A stretch of DNA of 64,000 nucleotides from positions 4,952 through 68,951 of the IMG/VR virus record IMGVR_UViG_3300020401_001763; one strand, written 5' to 3'. A program made the position numbers and the translations under genes. Under the pieces are notes generated by a model that was not told where the DNA came from, searched no databases, and saw nothing but the letters and a program-made list of their open reading frames with translations. Shown here piece by piece: positions 8,083 to 17,917 of this stretch (position 1 is its first letter; the number at the start of each line of letters is the position of its first letter). This DNA comes from a virus.

Positions 8083-10296
8083 ATGCAACAATTTGTTGAC
8101 ACAAGAGAGTTTTTGTCTCAGACTAAGTTTTATGACGGCTATTCAAGATTCAAGGAATCAGATAATAGATATGAAACTTGGGATGAGGCTGTAGACCGTG
8201 TTATTGATATGCACGATGAAAACTACAAAAATTTAGATAATGAATTAACCCCGTTTTTAGAAGAAGCAAGAACCGCTTATAAAGAGCAACGAGTACTAGG
8301 AGCGCAACGTGCTCTTCAGTTCGGCGGCGAGCAATTGATGAAGCATCAAATGAGAATGTACAATTGTACGTCATCATACGTAGATAGACCTGAGTTCTTT
8401 GGCGAAGTTTTTTATATTCTATTATGTGGTGCAGGTGCTGGTTTCTCAGTACAAAAACATCACGTTAAAAAACTACCAAAGGTTCAGATCAGAACTAAGC
8501 AGGCTAAAGGATGGGTAGTAGAAGATTCAATCGAAGGTTGGGCAGACGCATTAGATGTACTTATGGCGTCTTATTTTGTAAATGGAGGTAAACATCCAGA
8601 TTACGCCGGCCGAAGAGTATTCTTCGATCTTACTCAAGTAAGACCAAAAGGTGCTAAAATATCTGGTGGTTTTAAAGCCCCAGGGCCTGAAGGTTTACGT
8701 AGATCGCTCGATAAAATAGAACACTTACTTCAAGGTATTGTACTAGAATCAAAAGAACCAATTGCATTAAGACCTATTGACGTTTATGACATAGCCATGC
8801 ATGCTGCAGATGCAGTATTGTCTGGTGGTGTAAGACGTTCGGCTACAATTTGTTTATTCTCTCCAGATGACGAAGAGATGATGAATGCAAAAACTGGCAA
8901 TTGGTTTATGGAAAATCCTCAAAGAGGAAGATCTAATAATTCAGCTGTTATCGTAAGAGATAAGACTACTCCAGAACAATTTGGAAAAATTATGGAATCA
9001 GTCAAGCAGTTTGGAGAACCCGGATTTGTCTTTGTTGAATCTACAGAGCATACAACTAATCCATGCGTAGAAATTGGCATGTTTCCTAAGTTAGGAAATA
9101 AATCAGGCTGGCAAGGTTGTAATCTTACAGAAATCAACGGAGGCATGTGCAATACCGAGGAAGACTTTTATAAGGCATGCCGCGCAGCGTCTATCCTCGG
9201 TACCCTACAAGCAGGGTACACTGACTTCAAGTTTTTAACTAAGACTTCGAAGCAGATATTCGATAGAGAAGCGCTACTTGGCGTTTCTATAACTGGGTGG
9301 ATGAATAATCCTACTATTTTGTTTAACGCAAACGTCCTTAAAAAAGGAGCTGAGATTGTTAAGGCAGTAAATAGAGAAGTTGCTGCAATCATTGGAATCA
9401 ATCCAGCAGCTAGAACCACTTGTGTTAAGCCAAGTGGTAACGCATCGGTCTTGTTACAAACCGCGTCTGGAATACATGCAGAACATTCTCCAATGTATAT
9501 CAGAAATGTTCAAATGAATAAAGAATCAGAAATTACTCAGGCGATAACTAGAACTAATCCTTACATGGTTGAAGAATCTGTATGGTCTTCAACTGGTAGT
9601 GATGTCGTAGTTTCATTTCCTATTTTACCTAACAAAGGTTCTAAGTATAAAGAAGAACTTCTTGGAATCAAGCACTTAGAACTCGTAAAGAAAGCTCAAA
9701 AGTACTGGGTAGAAACTGGAACTAATGAAGATCTTTGTGCTGACCCTGGAATTAGACATAACGTATCTAATACTATTATCGTAGATGATTGGGATGAAGT
9801 AGAAAAATACGTATTTGAAAATAGAGGTTCTTTTGCCGGCATATCTTTCTTGGCTATGACAGGTGATAAAGACTATAACCAAGCTCCAAACACCGCAGTT
9901 CCGACCGCAAACGAAATGGTCAAAGATTATGGTAATGCGGCCGTGTTTGCATCTGGAATGGTAGTTGACGCTCTTAAAGTGTTTCCTAATTTATGGGATG
10001 CCATATCGACAGCTCATGGATTTGGACTAGATCTTTCAGTTGAATCTTCAGAAAACTCTTCTAGAAAAGATTGGATAAGAAGGTTTGAAAACTTTTCTAA
10101 TAATTATTTAGATGGTGATATGAAAAAAGCTGATTATTGTTTAAAAGATGCTTATCTTCTCCACAAATGGAATAAGATTCAATCACATTTAAAACAAGTT
10201 GATTGGAAAACGGATTTAACAGAAAAGAAGTATACAGATGTCGACACTCTCGGAGCGCAGGCGTGCGCGGGTGGCGCGTGTGAGATCGATTTCTAG
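8083..10296 (+). CDS. nrdJ: class II (adenosylcobalamin-dependent) ribonucleotide reductase, monomeric RTPR type
   Basis: MYNC, GGVRRSA, TNPCVEI, GCNLTEI and TTCVKPSG motifs; C-terminal CAGGAC pair; no adjacent nrdB. Confidence 0.85.
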   Translation: MQQFVDTREFLSQTKFYDGYSRFKESDNRYETWDEAVDRVIDMHDENYKNLDNELTPFLEEARTAYKEQRVLGAQRALQFGGEQLMKHQMRMYNCTSSYVDRPEFFGEVFYILLCGAGAGFSVQKHHVKKLPKVQIRTKQAKGWVVEDSIEGWADALDVLMASYFVNGGKHPDYAGRRVFFDLTQVRPKGAKISGGFKAPGPEGLRRSLDKIEHLLQGIVLESKEPIALRPIDVYDIAMHAADAVLSGGVRRSATICLFSPDDEEMMNAKTGNWFMENPQRGRSNNSAVIVRDKTTPEQFGKIMESVKQFGEPGFVFVESTEHTTNPCVEIGMFPKLGNKSGWQGCNLTEINGGMCNTEEDFYKACRAASILGTLQAGYTDFKFLTKTSKQIFDREALLGVSITGWMNNPTILFNANVLKKGAEIVKAVNREVAAIIGINPAARTTCVKPSGNASVLLQTASGIHAEHSPMYIRNVQMNKESEITQAITRTNPYMVEESVWSSTGSDVVVSFPILPNKGSKYKEELLGIKHLELVKKAQKYWVETGTNEDLCADPGIRHNVSNTIIVDDWDEVEKYVFENRGSFAGISFLAMTGDKDYNQAPNTAVPTANEMVKDYGNAAVFASGMVVDALKVFPNLWDAISTAHGFGLDLSVESSENSSRKDWIRRFENFSNNYLDGDMKKADYCLKDAYLLHKWNKIQSHLKQVDWKTDLTEKKYTDVDTLGAQACAGGACEIDF

Positions 10297-10453
10297 TGTT
10301 CCTTCACCGTGCATTAAAGTATGCAAGTTGGAAAATGGTTATTGTGTTGGATGTTTTAGAACACAAGATGAAATTAGAGATTGGTTTACTGCCACCGATA
10401 CAGATAAATTGCGAATCCTTGAAAGGATAAATAATGAAGCAATACATAGTTGA
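10238..10453 (+). CDS. DUF1289-family Cys-rich protein (true start probably GTG at about 10271-10280)
   Basis: SPCIKVC...CVGCFRTQDEIRDW motif. Confidence 0.75.
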   Translation: MSTLSERRRARVARVRSISSVPSPCIKVCKLENGYCVGCFRTQDEIRDWFTATDTDKLRILERINNEAIHS

Positions 10454-10583
10454 GTGTGAAGAATGTTCGAACACGACTTACGTTGAAAATGAAAGTAATG
10501 ATTCTATAGAGTTCTGTCCAGTATGTGGCAGACGAGCAGAAGTAGAAGAGAGAAAAGCAGACTTTGACTGGCAAGAGGAATAA
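10434..10583 (+). CDS. small zinc-ribbon protein (49 aa); not in ORF track
   Basis: MKQYIVECEECSNTTYVENESNDSIEFCPVCGRR...; two CxxC motifs; TAATG coupling. Confidence 0.7.
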   Translation: MKQYIVECEECSNTTYVENESNDSIEFCPVCGRRAEVEERKADFDWQEE

Positions 10584-11221
10584 TGGCATACTTAGTACAC
10601 CCACTACCACCCGAACAAATATTTGTTAGAAAAGAATATCTTTATGACTTACAAAGAGGTCATGGAGAATACACCCCAGGGATCTGGATATCAGTAAAAT
10701 CAACACAGTACAAAGCTCTTTACTTTGAAACTTTGTTGACAGAATATGGAGCACTTTATGATAAACTTCCTCTCTCGGCCTTCGTCTGGAAAACTGATCA
10801 CGGCGATCTTCCTCTCGATGTTTTGCAGCTTTGGGATTGCTTTGATTATCATCTCACTGTAATAGAAAAACCAATTCTTGCAAGATGCGAATTCTTTGGT
10901 AAAGATAAAAACATGCACCCAGGCGAATATATGTTTACTATAGATAACGCTCATTCGGATAGATCGATCTTAGATATAAACTTTAGTGAAGATGATCCGG
11001 AACATAAAAGTTTTAATATCATAAAGCTAGACAACGGTCAGTTTGCAGCTCAGCCAAACAATAGAGTAATTTGGAGAGATTCAAGTCTTATTCCAGATAA
11101 ACTATTGCAGCCTGATTTTAAAGTGTGCACTCAAAACTATACAGTTGAAACAGAACCTAAATGGTCTGTAGGTCATACTGATGAGTGGCAATATAAGACA
11201 CGCGAAGAGGCTGATAAATAA
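10583..11221 (+). CDS. conserved marine phage hypothetical protein
   Basis: VRKEYLYD...HGE, GALYDKLPLSAF, LQLWDCF and NGQFAAQPNNR motifs. Confidence 0.7.
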   Translation: MAYLVHPLPPEQIFVRKEYLYDLQRGHGEYTPGIWISVKSTQYKALYFETLLTEYGALYDKLPLSAFVWKTDHGDLPLDVLQLWDCFDYHLTVIEKPILARCEFFGKDKNMHPGEYMFTIDNAHSDRSILDINFSEDDPEHKSFNIIKLDNGQFAAQPNNRVIWRDSSLIPDKLLQPDFKVCTQNYTVETEPKWSVGHTDEWQYKTREEADK

Positions 11222-11225
11222 ATGC

Positions 11226-11627
11226 ATGTGGTATTATAATAATGAACCTTTTGAGACTGCACCAGAAGAATACCAAGGATTTGTCTACGTCATCACAGAA
11301 CTGGATACGAACAAAAAGTATCTCGGTAAAAAGAACTTCTGGCGGCCGAAGGTATTACCAAAAAATTCAAAGAGATCTAGAAGGGTACGCACCAGAGTGG
11401 AATCCGATTGGAGACTATACTTTGGCTCGAATAAAGAATTACGGTGTCTCGTTGAAGAACGAGGCGAAACAAACTACAGAAGAGAAATCATCAAACTCTG
11501 TAGAACAAAAGGAGAAATGTCTTACTTTGAAGCAAAAGCTCAGTTCGATAATGACGTCCTTTTTTCAGACGAATGGTACAACGAATTCATAGGTTGTAAA
11601 ATACATTCCCGACATTTAAAAAAATAA
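11226..11627 (+). CDS. GIY-YIG-like nuclease
   Basis: GFVYVIT...KKYLGKK, ESDW..YFGS and YNEFI motifs; ATG 11226 preferred. Confidence 0.6.
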   Translation: MWYYNNEPFETAPEEYQGFVYVITELDTNKKYLGKKNFWRPKVLPKNSKRSRRVRTRVESDWRLYFGSNKELRCLVEERGETNYRREIIKLCRTKGEMSYFEAKAQFDNDVLFSDEWYNEFIGCKIHSRHLKK

Positions 11628-11629
11628 AA

Positions 11630-11680
11630 TCACATCAAAGTGATTTTTTTGTTTACAAACACTAATTTTTAGTATATAAT
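11630..11680 (+). promoter_or_regulatory. early promoter with upstream TCAC-N6-GTGA box
   Basis: TCAC 11630-33, GTGA 11640-43, TTTACA 11652-57, 17 nt spacer, TATAAT 11675-80. Confidence 0.75.
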
Positions 11681-11713
11681 AGTTATATACAATTGAAAAG
11701 GAGTAGTTTTGTT

Positions 11714-12040
11714 ATGGGTATTTTTATTGGAAAGCACGGTAGGTCTAATAGCTTCGTCGGAAGATTTGATCCTACTAATCCCTCAGATATAAGAGAATAT
11801 GAATTAGTAAAAGCTATCGTAAGATCAGTTAACGCTAGCAGTAAAAGAAAATTTAGAGTCTGCAAAAGAGGTAGAAAACCAGTTTATGGATATGAATGGG
11901 GTGGCAACCCTAAAGGCGGAATAAAGAACGCTAAACTCTGGGATGTTTATATCTACAGAAAATCTCTACCGTATAACGTTGAGATGCAATTAAATATTAT
12001 TTCAAACTATCCAGATCCAACATGGAGCGAATACTCATGA
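11714..12040 (+). CDS. early hypothetical protein
   Basis: AGGAG SD at 11699; ATG 11714; follows the promoter. Confidence 0.6.
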   Translation: MGIFIGKHGRSNSFVGRFDPTNPSDIREYELVKAIVRSVNASSKRKFRVCKRGRKPVYGYEWGGNPKGGIKNAKLWDVYIYRKSLPYNVEMQLNIISNYPDPTWSEYS

Positions 12041-12891
12041 TTATTATGGACTACAGTGGCATTGCACTAGCAAGCATTATTATCAATAAGACGTTTGAAG
12101 AATCTCTCATTCGTCACATGATACTAAACTCTATTAGAATGTACAGGTCTCGATATGTTGACGAATATGGCGAGATAGTATTGGCCTGTGATGGTCCTAA
12201 TAACTGGCGTAGGTCAGCATTTCCACAGTATAAAGCTAATAGAAAAAAAGGTAGGGACGAGTCTACTTTTGACTGGAATGAAGCTTTCAGAATCTTACAT
12301 CTTGTAAGAGAAGAGATCAAAGAAAACTTTCCATATAAAGTCATTCATATAGATCAATGTGAAGCTGACGATATTATTGGTACATTAGTCGATCTTAAAT
12401 CAGATGTACCAATTAATCCAGAACCTATCATGATTGTTTCATCAGATAGAGATTTTGTACAGCTACAAAGGTTTCCAAACGTAAAACAATATTCTCCTAT
12501 CTTGAAGAAAGAGGTTGTGGAATCTAATCCTAGATTGTTCTTACAAACTCATATTATTAAGGGTGACAAAGGAGATGGTGTACCAAATATCTTGTCAGAA
12601 GATAATGTATTTGTCGAAGGGTTTAGACAAACTCCTATGTCTAAAAAGAAGATAGATAATATTATTGAAGATTTAGACGATGGAGAATTGCTGTACGCAG
12701 CTTCTTGGTATAGGAACTATTGTAGAAATAAAAAATTGATAGATCTTACCGAAACTCCTAACGATCTAAAACGTCAGATTATAAATAGTTTTGAGGAACA
12801 AGATCCATGGCCAAACAAAGGTAACGTTTTTCCATATCTAGTTTCGAAAAATTGTAATGAATTGATAAAAAGTGTACAGGAGTTTGTATGA
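12037..12891 (+). CDS. rnh: T4-type RNase H (5'-3' exonuclease)
   Basis: LACD..NWRR..FPQYKANRKK, EADDIIG, IVSSDRDFVQL and KGDKGDGVPNI motifs. Confidence 0.9.
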   Translation: MIIMDYSGIALASIIINKTFEESLIRHMILNSIRMYRSRYVDEYGEIVLACDGPNNWRRSAFPQYKANRKKGRDESTFDWNEAFRILHLVREEIKENFPYKVIHIDQCEADDIIGTLVDLKSDVPINPEPIMIVSSDRDFVQLQRFPNVKQYSPILKKEVVESNPRLFLQTHIIKGDKGDGVPNILSEDNVFVEGFRQTPMSKKKIDNIIEDLDDGELLYAASWYRNYCRNKKLIDLTETPNDLKRQIINSFEEQDPWPNKGNVFPYLVSKNCNELIKSVQEFV

Positions 12892-13307
12892 TGAAACAGT
12901 ATGTTTTTGAAGTTATCGAAGAAGCTGCCAAACAGCGCAGTCGAGATGATAAAGTAAAAGTCTTAAAATCAAACGAGACTTGGGCATTGAAGGATATTAT
13001 ACGAGGCTCAATGGATTCTAAAGTAGAATGGAACTTACCTGAAGGTTCCCCACCATATCAAGCATCCGCAGCTCATAACCACCCCACAAATCTTCTAAGA
13101 GAAAATTCTAAGTTTAAATATTTTGTGAAAGGTGGCCCTGGGGATAAAATGCCGAAATATAAAAGAGAACAAATTTTTATAGGTATGCTTGAAGGTGTAC
13201 ATCCTGAAGATGCTAAGCTTGTCGTCTCAATGATTAACAAGAAAAAATTAACAGGCATTACACGCCCGGTTGTAGAGGAGGCTTTTCCAGGGTTGCTTAA
13301 AGACTGA
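12888..13307 (+). CDS. conserved T4-like hypothetical protein
   Basis: WNLPEGSPPY, KREQIFIGMLEGVHPEDA and VVEEAFPGL motifs. Confidence 0.7.
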   Translation: MMKQYVFEVIEEAAKQRSRDDKVKVLKSNETWALKDIIRGSMDSKVEWNLPEGSPPYQASAAHNHPTNLLRENSKFKYFVKGGPGDKMPKYKREQIFIGMLEGVHPEDAKLVVSMINKKKLTGITRPVVEEAFPGLLKD

Positions 13308-13330
13308 CTCTATTTCCAGAAAGGACAAGA

Positions 13331-13507
13331 ATGGTACTTGCACAACTTGAAAGATTACAAAAAGATTCCAGCGATTTAGAACTTTACGCTCTTAAACTTA
13401 AAAAGAGAGGAAGAATACAACAAATGGAAAACATCTTAAAGAAAAGAGATTATGTAAGGGAAAAAATCAAGTTGATAAAAAGTCCGGAGGTTCAATATTC
13501 TACTTAG
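13331..13507 (+). CDS. small basic hypothetical protein (58 aa); not in ORF track
   Basis: MVLAQLERLQKDSSDLELYALKLKKRGR...; AAGGA SD. Confidence 0.6.
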   Translation: MVLAQLERLQKDSSDLELYALKLKKRGRIQQMENILKKRDYVREKIKLIKSPEVQYST

Positions 13508-13522
13508 TTAAAAAAATAAACG

Positions 13523-13551
13523 TTTACAATCATTGAATAATATGATACTAT
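13523..13551 (+). promoter_or_regulatory. sigma70-type promoter
   Basis: TTTACA 13523-28, 17 nt spacer, TGnTACTAT ending 13551. Confidence 0.6.
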
Positions 13552-13573
13552 ATAATGATAATAAGGAATTGAT

Positions 13574-14146
13574 ATGAATATTTTTATACTTCATGAAGAT
13601 CCAGTCGTTGCGGCTCAGATGCTTTGTGACAGGCACGTTCCTAAAATGATCGTAGAGTCTGCACAAATGTTAAGCACGGCCCACAGGCTACTAGATGGTA
13701 TACCCGAAAAAAGACCATCAAAGTCAGGAAAGACTATACAAACTTATTACGCGTTTGGAGACGAACGCGATAAATTGTATTATGCCGCTGTTCATAAACA
13801 TCATCCTTGTACCACATGGACTATGGAATCTTCTCAAAATTACAAATGGCATTATAAACATTTTTACGCCATGGGGCAAGAGTTTACTTATAGAAGAGAA
13901 AAGTCTCATAAGACTATCGAATTGCTAGGTAAGTTGTTATCTAAAATTCCAGAAAATATACCACATGGTCCTCTTACTCCGTTTGCTCAAGCGATGTCGC
14001 ACTATCCTATGTGTAAGGTAGAAGGCGATGCAGTAAAAGCATATCGTAATTATTATCACGTGGCTAAAGACTTTGCCGTTTGGGAATGGAAAAGACCAGC
14101 GCCTAGCTGGTGGGAGGGATATAAAGGTGCCAGTTTATACAGTTAG
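13574..14146 (+). CDS. pyrimidine-dimer DNA glycosylase-like (DenV-related) protein
   Basis: MNIFIL..DP..AAQ..CDRHV.KMIVESAQMLSTAH, HPCT.W and AYRNYY motifs. Confidence 0.75.
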   Translation: MNIFILHEDPVVAAQMLCDRHVPKMIVESAQMLSTAHRLLDGIPEKRPSKSGKTIQTYYAFGDERDKLYYAAVHKHHPCTTWTMESSQNYKWHYKHFYAMGQEFTYRREKSHKTIELLGKLLSKIPENIPHGPLTPFAQAMSHYPMCKVEGDAVKAYRNYYHVAKDFAVWEWKRPAPSWWEGYKGASLYS

Positions 14147-14357
14147 AAAAAAAGATGGAGAAGAAGAGTGGGATATAATGTGTTCTCACGAAGAAGCAAA
14201 ACAAGCATGTGAAGAATACGGTCTTGTTATAGTTCCTAAATTTCCTGCAATAGTTTCTGGTACAGGAAGTTTGTTATCTAAAACAGACAATGGATGGAAA
14301 GACAATCTTAAGAGAATCAAATCAGGAGCTGGAAAAGGTAATACTATAAAAGTATGA
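14127..14357 (+). CDS. FmdB-like small protein
   Basis: GTG start MPVYTV..., DNGWKDNLKRIK motif; directly upstream of phoH. Confidence 0.55.
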   Translation: MPVYTVRKKDGEEEWDIMCSHEEAKQACEEYGLVIVPKFPAIVSGTGSLLSKTDNGWKDNLKRIKSGAGKGNTIKV

Positions 14358-15034
14358 GCAAGCAATCTGTAAAATTTGAAGATCTGATAGAGATAGAACC
14401 TATAACTGTAAATCAAGTTAAAGCATTTGACGCGTGGTCTGACGGAGACCATCTGGTTCTAGCTGGTTCTGCAGGAACTGGTAAAACTTTCATAGCGTTA
14501 TACTTAGCGTTACAATCTGTTCTAGAACCATATACGTCATTTAATAAAGTGGTGTTAGTTAGATCGGTCGTACCAACACGAGAAGTTGGATATTTACCCG
14601 GCGATATTGGAGAAAAAGTAGAACCGTTTGAAGCACCATATAAAAATATATGCTTAGAATTATTTAGCGATACAAATTCTACTTACAATAAACTTATAAA
14701 TAGTCATCAGATGGTATTTAATACCACATCTTTTATTCGTGGAATAACTATAGACAATGCAATAGTCGTAGTAGACGAAATGCAAAACCTTAATTTTCAC
14801 GAGTTGGATTCTGTAATAACACGTGTAGGACGCGATTGCAGAATAATCTTTTCTGGAGATTATCATCAATCGGACTTTAAGGACTCGTACGAAAGAGATG
14901 GAATACAGAGATTCTTAAGAATAGTCGAGCAACTAAAGAACTTTAGTGTAATCACGTTCGGATGGGACGATATTGTAAGATCTGACTTTTTAAGAGATTA
15001 CATCATGACAAAAGAAATGTTAGGAGTAAAATGA
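14354..15034 (+). CDS. phoH: PhoH-family ATPase
   Basis: GSAGTGKT Walker A, GYLPG, SFIRG, VVDEMQN, GDYHQSD and DIVRS motifs. Confidence 0.92.
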   Translation: MSKQSVKFEDLIEIEPITVNQVKAFDAWSDGDHLVLAGSAGTGKTFIALYLALQSVLEPYTSFNKVVLVRSVVPTREVGYLPGDIGEKVEPFEAPYKNICLELFSDTNSTYNKLINSHQMVFNTTSFIRGITIDNAIVVVDEMQNLNFHELDSVITRVGRDCRIIFSGDYHQSDFKDSYERDGIQRFLRIVEQLKNFSVITFGWDDIVRSDFLRDYIMTKEMLGVK

Positions 15035-15303
15035 TGATGAATTGGTTTATAGTAGTAACATTCGTTCTAGCTAATCCAATACAAGAGATGCGAAACATGT
15101 ATGTCTTTACACAACCACAATTTGTATCACTAGAGCAATGCATTGGATATGTTGAACAAAATAAAAATAGAATCTTTTACATAGCGGCAGATTCTTACAA
15201 GTTTCAGAAAAAGCCTGAAACTATATACTGCGCACCACAAAATGTACTAGGTGAAATGATTAAAGAAGGATTTGCAGTAAAGAGAAATGAAAAGAGTATT
15301 TGA
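15031..15303 (+). CDS. hypothetical protein with signal peptide
   Basis: Hydrophobic N-terminus, two Cys. Confidence 0.5.
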   Translation: MMMNWFIVVTFVLANPIQEMRNMYVFTQPQFVSLEQCIGYVEQNKNRIFYIAADSYKFQKKPETIYCAPQNVLGEMIKEGFAVKRNEKSI

Positions 15304-15964
15304 GCATGAAAAAATTGATGTTGGATATAATGACTTGGACGCAGACACGACCGATACTGGTAGGACATACACTGCTCCTGATGGTTCTTCTTATCCTAGC
15401 ATTACCACAGTTCTTGGAGTATTAAGTGAAGACGCAATACGTGCATGGCGAGAAAGAGTTGGCGAGGACGAAGCTAATAAGATTAGCGGCAGAGCTAGTA
15501 ATCGCGGTACTCGTGTACATAGCATTGTCGAGCGGTATTTAAAGAATGAAGATACAACAGACAATCTCCCTCATATTAGGCAAAGTCTTGAAAACTTGCG
15601 GCCAATTCTTGATAAATCTATCGGGAAAATCTTTGGCCTCGAAGTTGCTCTTTATAGTAATCATCTTGGTGTTGCTGGTCGTTGCGATTGCATAGCCGAG
15701 TTTGATGGAGTACCTTCAATAGTAGATTTTAAGACTTCTAAAAGAATTAAAAAGAAAAACAAGATACACAGCTATTTCGCTCAAGCAGCAGCATATGCTA
15801 TAATGTTTGAAGAGCGAACCGGAATGGCCATACCTAACTTGGTCATAGTCATGGATGTAGACCATGAAAAACCCTTGGTGTTTAGAGAACATCGAGACAA
15901 TTGGATAAAACTTTTAACGGAGACAATAGATGAGTATCGCAGAAGAAAGATGTTCGGACACTAA
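15287..15964 (+). CDS. PD-(D/E)xK exonuclease
   Basis: YPSITTVL, RGTRVH, AGRCDC, IVDFKTS and Q..AYA.M motifs. Confidence 0.85.
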   Translation: MKRVFEHEKIDVGYNDLDADTTDTGRTYTAPDGSSYPSITTVLGVLSEDAIRAWRERVGEDEANKISGRASNRGTRVHSIVERYLKNEDTTDNLPHIRQSLENLRPILDKSIGKIFGLEVALYSNHLGVAGRCDCIAEFDGVPSIVDFKTSKRIKKKNKIHSYFAQAAAYAIMFEERTGMAIPNLVIVMDVDHEKPLVFREHRDNWIKLLTETIDEYRRRKMFGH

Positions 15965-15965
15965 C

Positions 15966-16193
15966 ATGGCTTTAACACAAGTCATTCAGTTAAGAAACGA
16001 ATTTGAAGATCTAACAAGAGGGTATAATATGCCTGAAGGATCTAGTATAGATAATATTGAGTGGTTCATAGAAAATGGCCATAGGTCAAATTCTCTTCGT
16101 AATGGATTTGCAGATGCAATGAAGATAGCGCGTAGAATTAAGGAGTACTATTATGGCAGCTCAAAAAAGACTAGAAAAAGGAAGCGTCTATGA
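15966..16193 (+). CDS. hypothetical protein
   Basis: ATG at 15966, just after the exonuclease stop. Confidence 0.55.
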   Translation: MALTQVIQLRNEFEDLTRGYNMPEGSSIDNIEWFIENGHRSNSLRNGFADAMKIARRIKEYYYGSSKKTRKRKRL

Positions 16194-16515
16194 AAAATAT
16201 GATGTAGATGGCGATGGAGTCGTAAGTGACGAAGAACTAGACGTGGAAAGAAGAATGATTGAACTTGAAGACCTCAGGTCTGACATGGAGAATGAAGATA
16301 AAAAGCAAGACGCCCAAAGAAACATGGCTTGGTTTGCTCTTGGTGGCATGCTACTTTATCCTGCTTTTGTTATTACTGCAACGTTATTTAAACTTGATAA
16401 TGCTGCAAAAATATTAGGAGACATGGCCGCAGTATACTTTGTATCAGTAGCCGCAATTGTAGCAGCATTTTATGGTAAAGAGGCAATCACACAAAAGAAA
16501 GTAGATAAAAAATAA
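16153..16515 (+). CDS. EF-hand-loop membrane protein (2 TM)
   Basis: 12-residue loop DVDGDGVVSDEE; two hydrophobic helices; GGAG SD. Confidence 0.6.
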   Translation: MAAQKRLEKGSVYEKYDVDGDGVVSDEELDVERRMIELEDLRSDMENEDKKQDAQRNMAWFALGGMLLYPAFVITATLFKLDNAAKILGDMAAVYFVSVAAIVAAFYGKEAITQKKVDKK

Positions 16516-17090
16516 TGAAACTACATAAGTATGAAAATTATGACGAATATGTAAAGGAGCAGACTCAGGCTAACGTAGCTAAGTTAAAAAATGTTTGGGT
16601 AAGAGAAAACGCTATTCAAAAAGTAGTATCTTACAAACCTTTTGCTTCTAGCATATTGTGTCATGGAACTAGAAATGGTAGGGAACTCGAGTATTTTAAA
16701 AAGTTTCTACCTCATGCAGAAGTCGTTGGAACTGAAATATCTCATACAGCTACTCAGTTTAAGAACACCGTTCAACACGACTTCCATGAGGTTAGAGAAG
16801 ACTTTGTTGGTAAGTTTGATATTGTTTATTCAAATTCTTTTGATCACGCATATGATCCAAGCAAAGCTATTTTAGCTTGGAAAGATCAACTTACAACAGA
16901 TGGAGTACTAGTTATCGAACTCATGACAGGAGTTGAGAATATATCCAGACCAGTAGATCCACTTGAAATTAACTACGAAGAATTTAAAGAACTTGCTGAA
17001 AAAAATGGATTGAGAGTACTTGAAAAAAATATCATGCACAGACAAATGTCTGGAGCGAAAAATAGTATTATGGTGGCTTTGAAAAAATGA
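16515..17090 (+). CDS. class I SAM-dependent methyltransferase-like protein
   Basis: ILCHGTRNG (motif I variant), VVGTEIS, FDIVYSNSFDH and LTTDGVLVI motifs. Confidence 0.7.
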   Translation: MKLHKYENYDEYVKEQTQANVAKLKNVWVRENAIQKVVSYKPFASSILCHGTRNGRELEYFKKFLPHAEVVGTEISHTATQFKNTVQHDFHEVREDFVGKFDIVYSNSFDHAYDPSKAILAWKDQLTTDGVLVIELMTGVENISRPVDPLEINYEEFKELAEKNGLRVLEKNIMHRQMSGAKNSIMVALKK

Positions 17091-17917
17091 CTAAAAGATT
17101 AATATATCAGGTGTACACTGGCAAAAGATCTAAACTTTATGATCATTGCACAGCTTCTGTTAAAGCGTACGCTGAAGATATTAACGAGAAAGAATCTCCT
17201 AACAATAGGGTTGACTATATAATTCAAACTCAACCTATTATGAAGATTAAACCTGATGTGTTTGCTACAAATAGAAGTAAAGAATCTTATGAAAAGTATG
17301 GAGGATTCTTACCGATATATGAAAAAGAAAATGCTTTTAACTATTGGGATCGTTACGATCAAATAGCTATCATAGATGCTGACGTTTGGATAAGGCCAGG
17401 GACTGAAAATATATTTAACGTTATGAATCATGAAACGGAATTTGCTGGAATGGCAGAGAGAACAGCTCCAATTTTGCCATGGTATAAAGAAAAACTAATA
17501 GGTTATACTAGAATGCAATATTCTTCTTTAACCGATGTTGATTGGCGATGGAACGAATCCGGTGCTCATTTTTATAATATGGGCGTGATGCTATTAAATA
17601 GACATATAGTTCAGTATTTAAAAGGTAAAAGTAAAAGATACGAAACTGGTAGAGAATTTATTGAAAGACCAGAGTTTAAAAGATTTGTTGATGGACTTGG
17701 AGCTTGGAAGTGGAGTACCGATCAAACACTTTTAAATTACTGGGTCAAAAAAGAAAAAATGGAACAACAAGAATTAAGTTGGAAATGGAATGCACTGTAT
17801 ACTGCAATCTCTAATGAAGACGCTAAGAAGGCTTACTTCGTACATTTCTTTCTTAAAGACAAATTGCCTAATAGAGGCGAAGACGTAGAAAAGCTTATGG
17901 AGGACGTAAATGAATAG
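17087..17917 (+). CDS. GT-A glycosyltransferase (GT8-like)
   Basis: IIDAD DxD, YNMGVMLL, DQTLLNY, KWNA and FVHF motifs. Confidence 0.75.
   Translation: MTKRLIYQVYTGKRSKLYDHCTASVKAYAEDINEKESPNNRVDYIIQTQPIMKIKPDVFATNRSKESYEKYGGFLPIYEKENAFNYWDRYDQIAIIDADVWIRPGTENIFNVMNHETEFAGMAERTAPILPWYKEKLIGYTRMQYSSLTDVDWRWNESGAHFYNMGVMLLNRHIVQYLKGKSKRYETGREFIERPEFKRFVDGLGAWKWSTDQTLLNYWVKKEKMEQQELSWKWNALYTAISNEDAKKAYFVHFFLKDKLPNRGEDVEKLMEDVNE

Noticed and set aside
8083-10296. Intein or intron in RNR
   Set aside because: Continuous ORF of normal length with no Hint or homing-endonuclease motifs.
15287-15964. Cas4/CRISPR association
   Set aside because: No repeat-spacer array or other cas genes seen in the window, and no Fe-S Cys cluster; an ordinary phage exonuclease.
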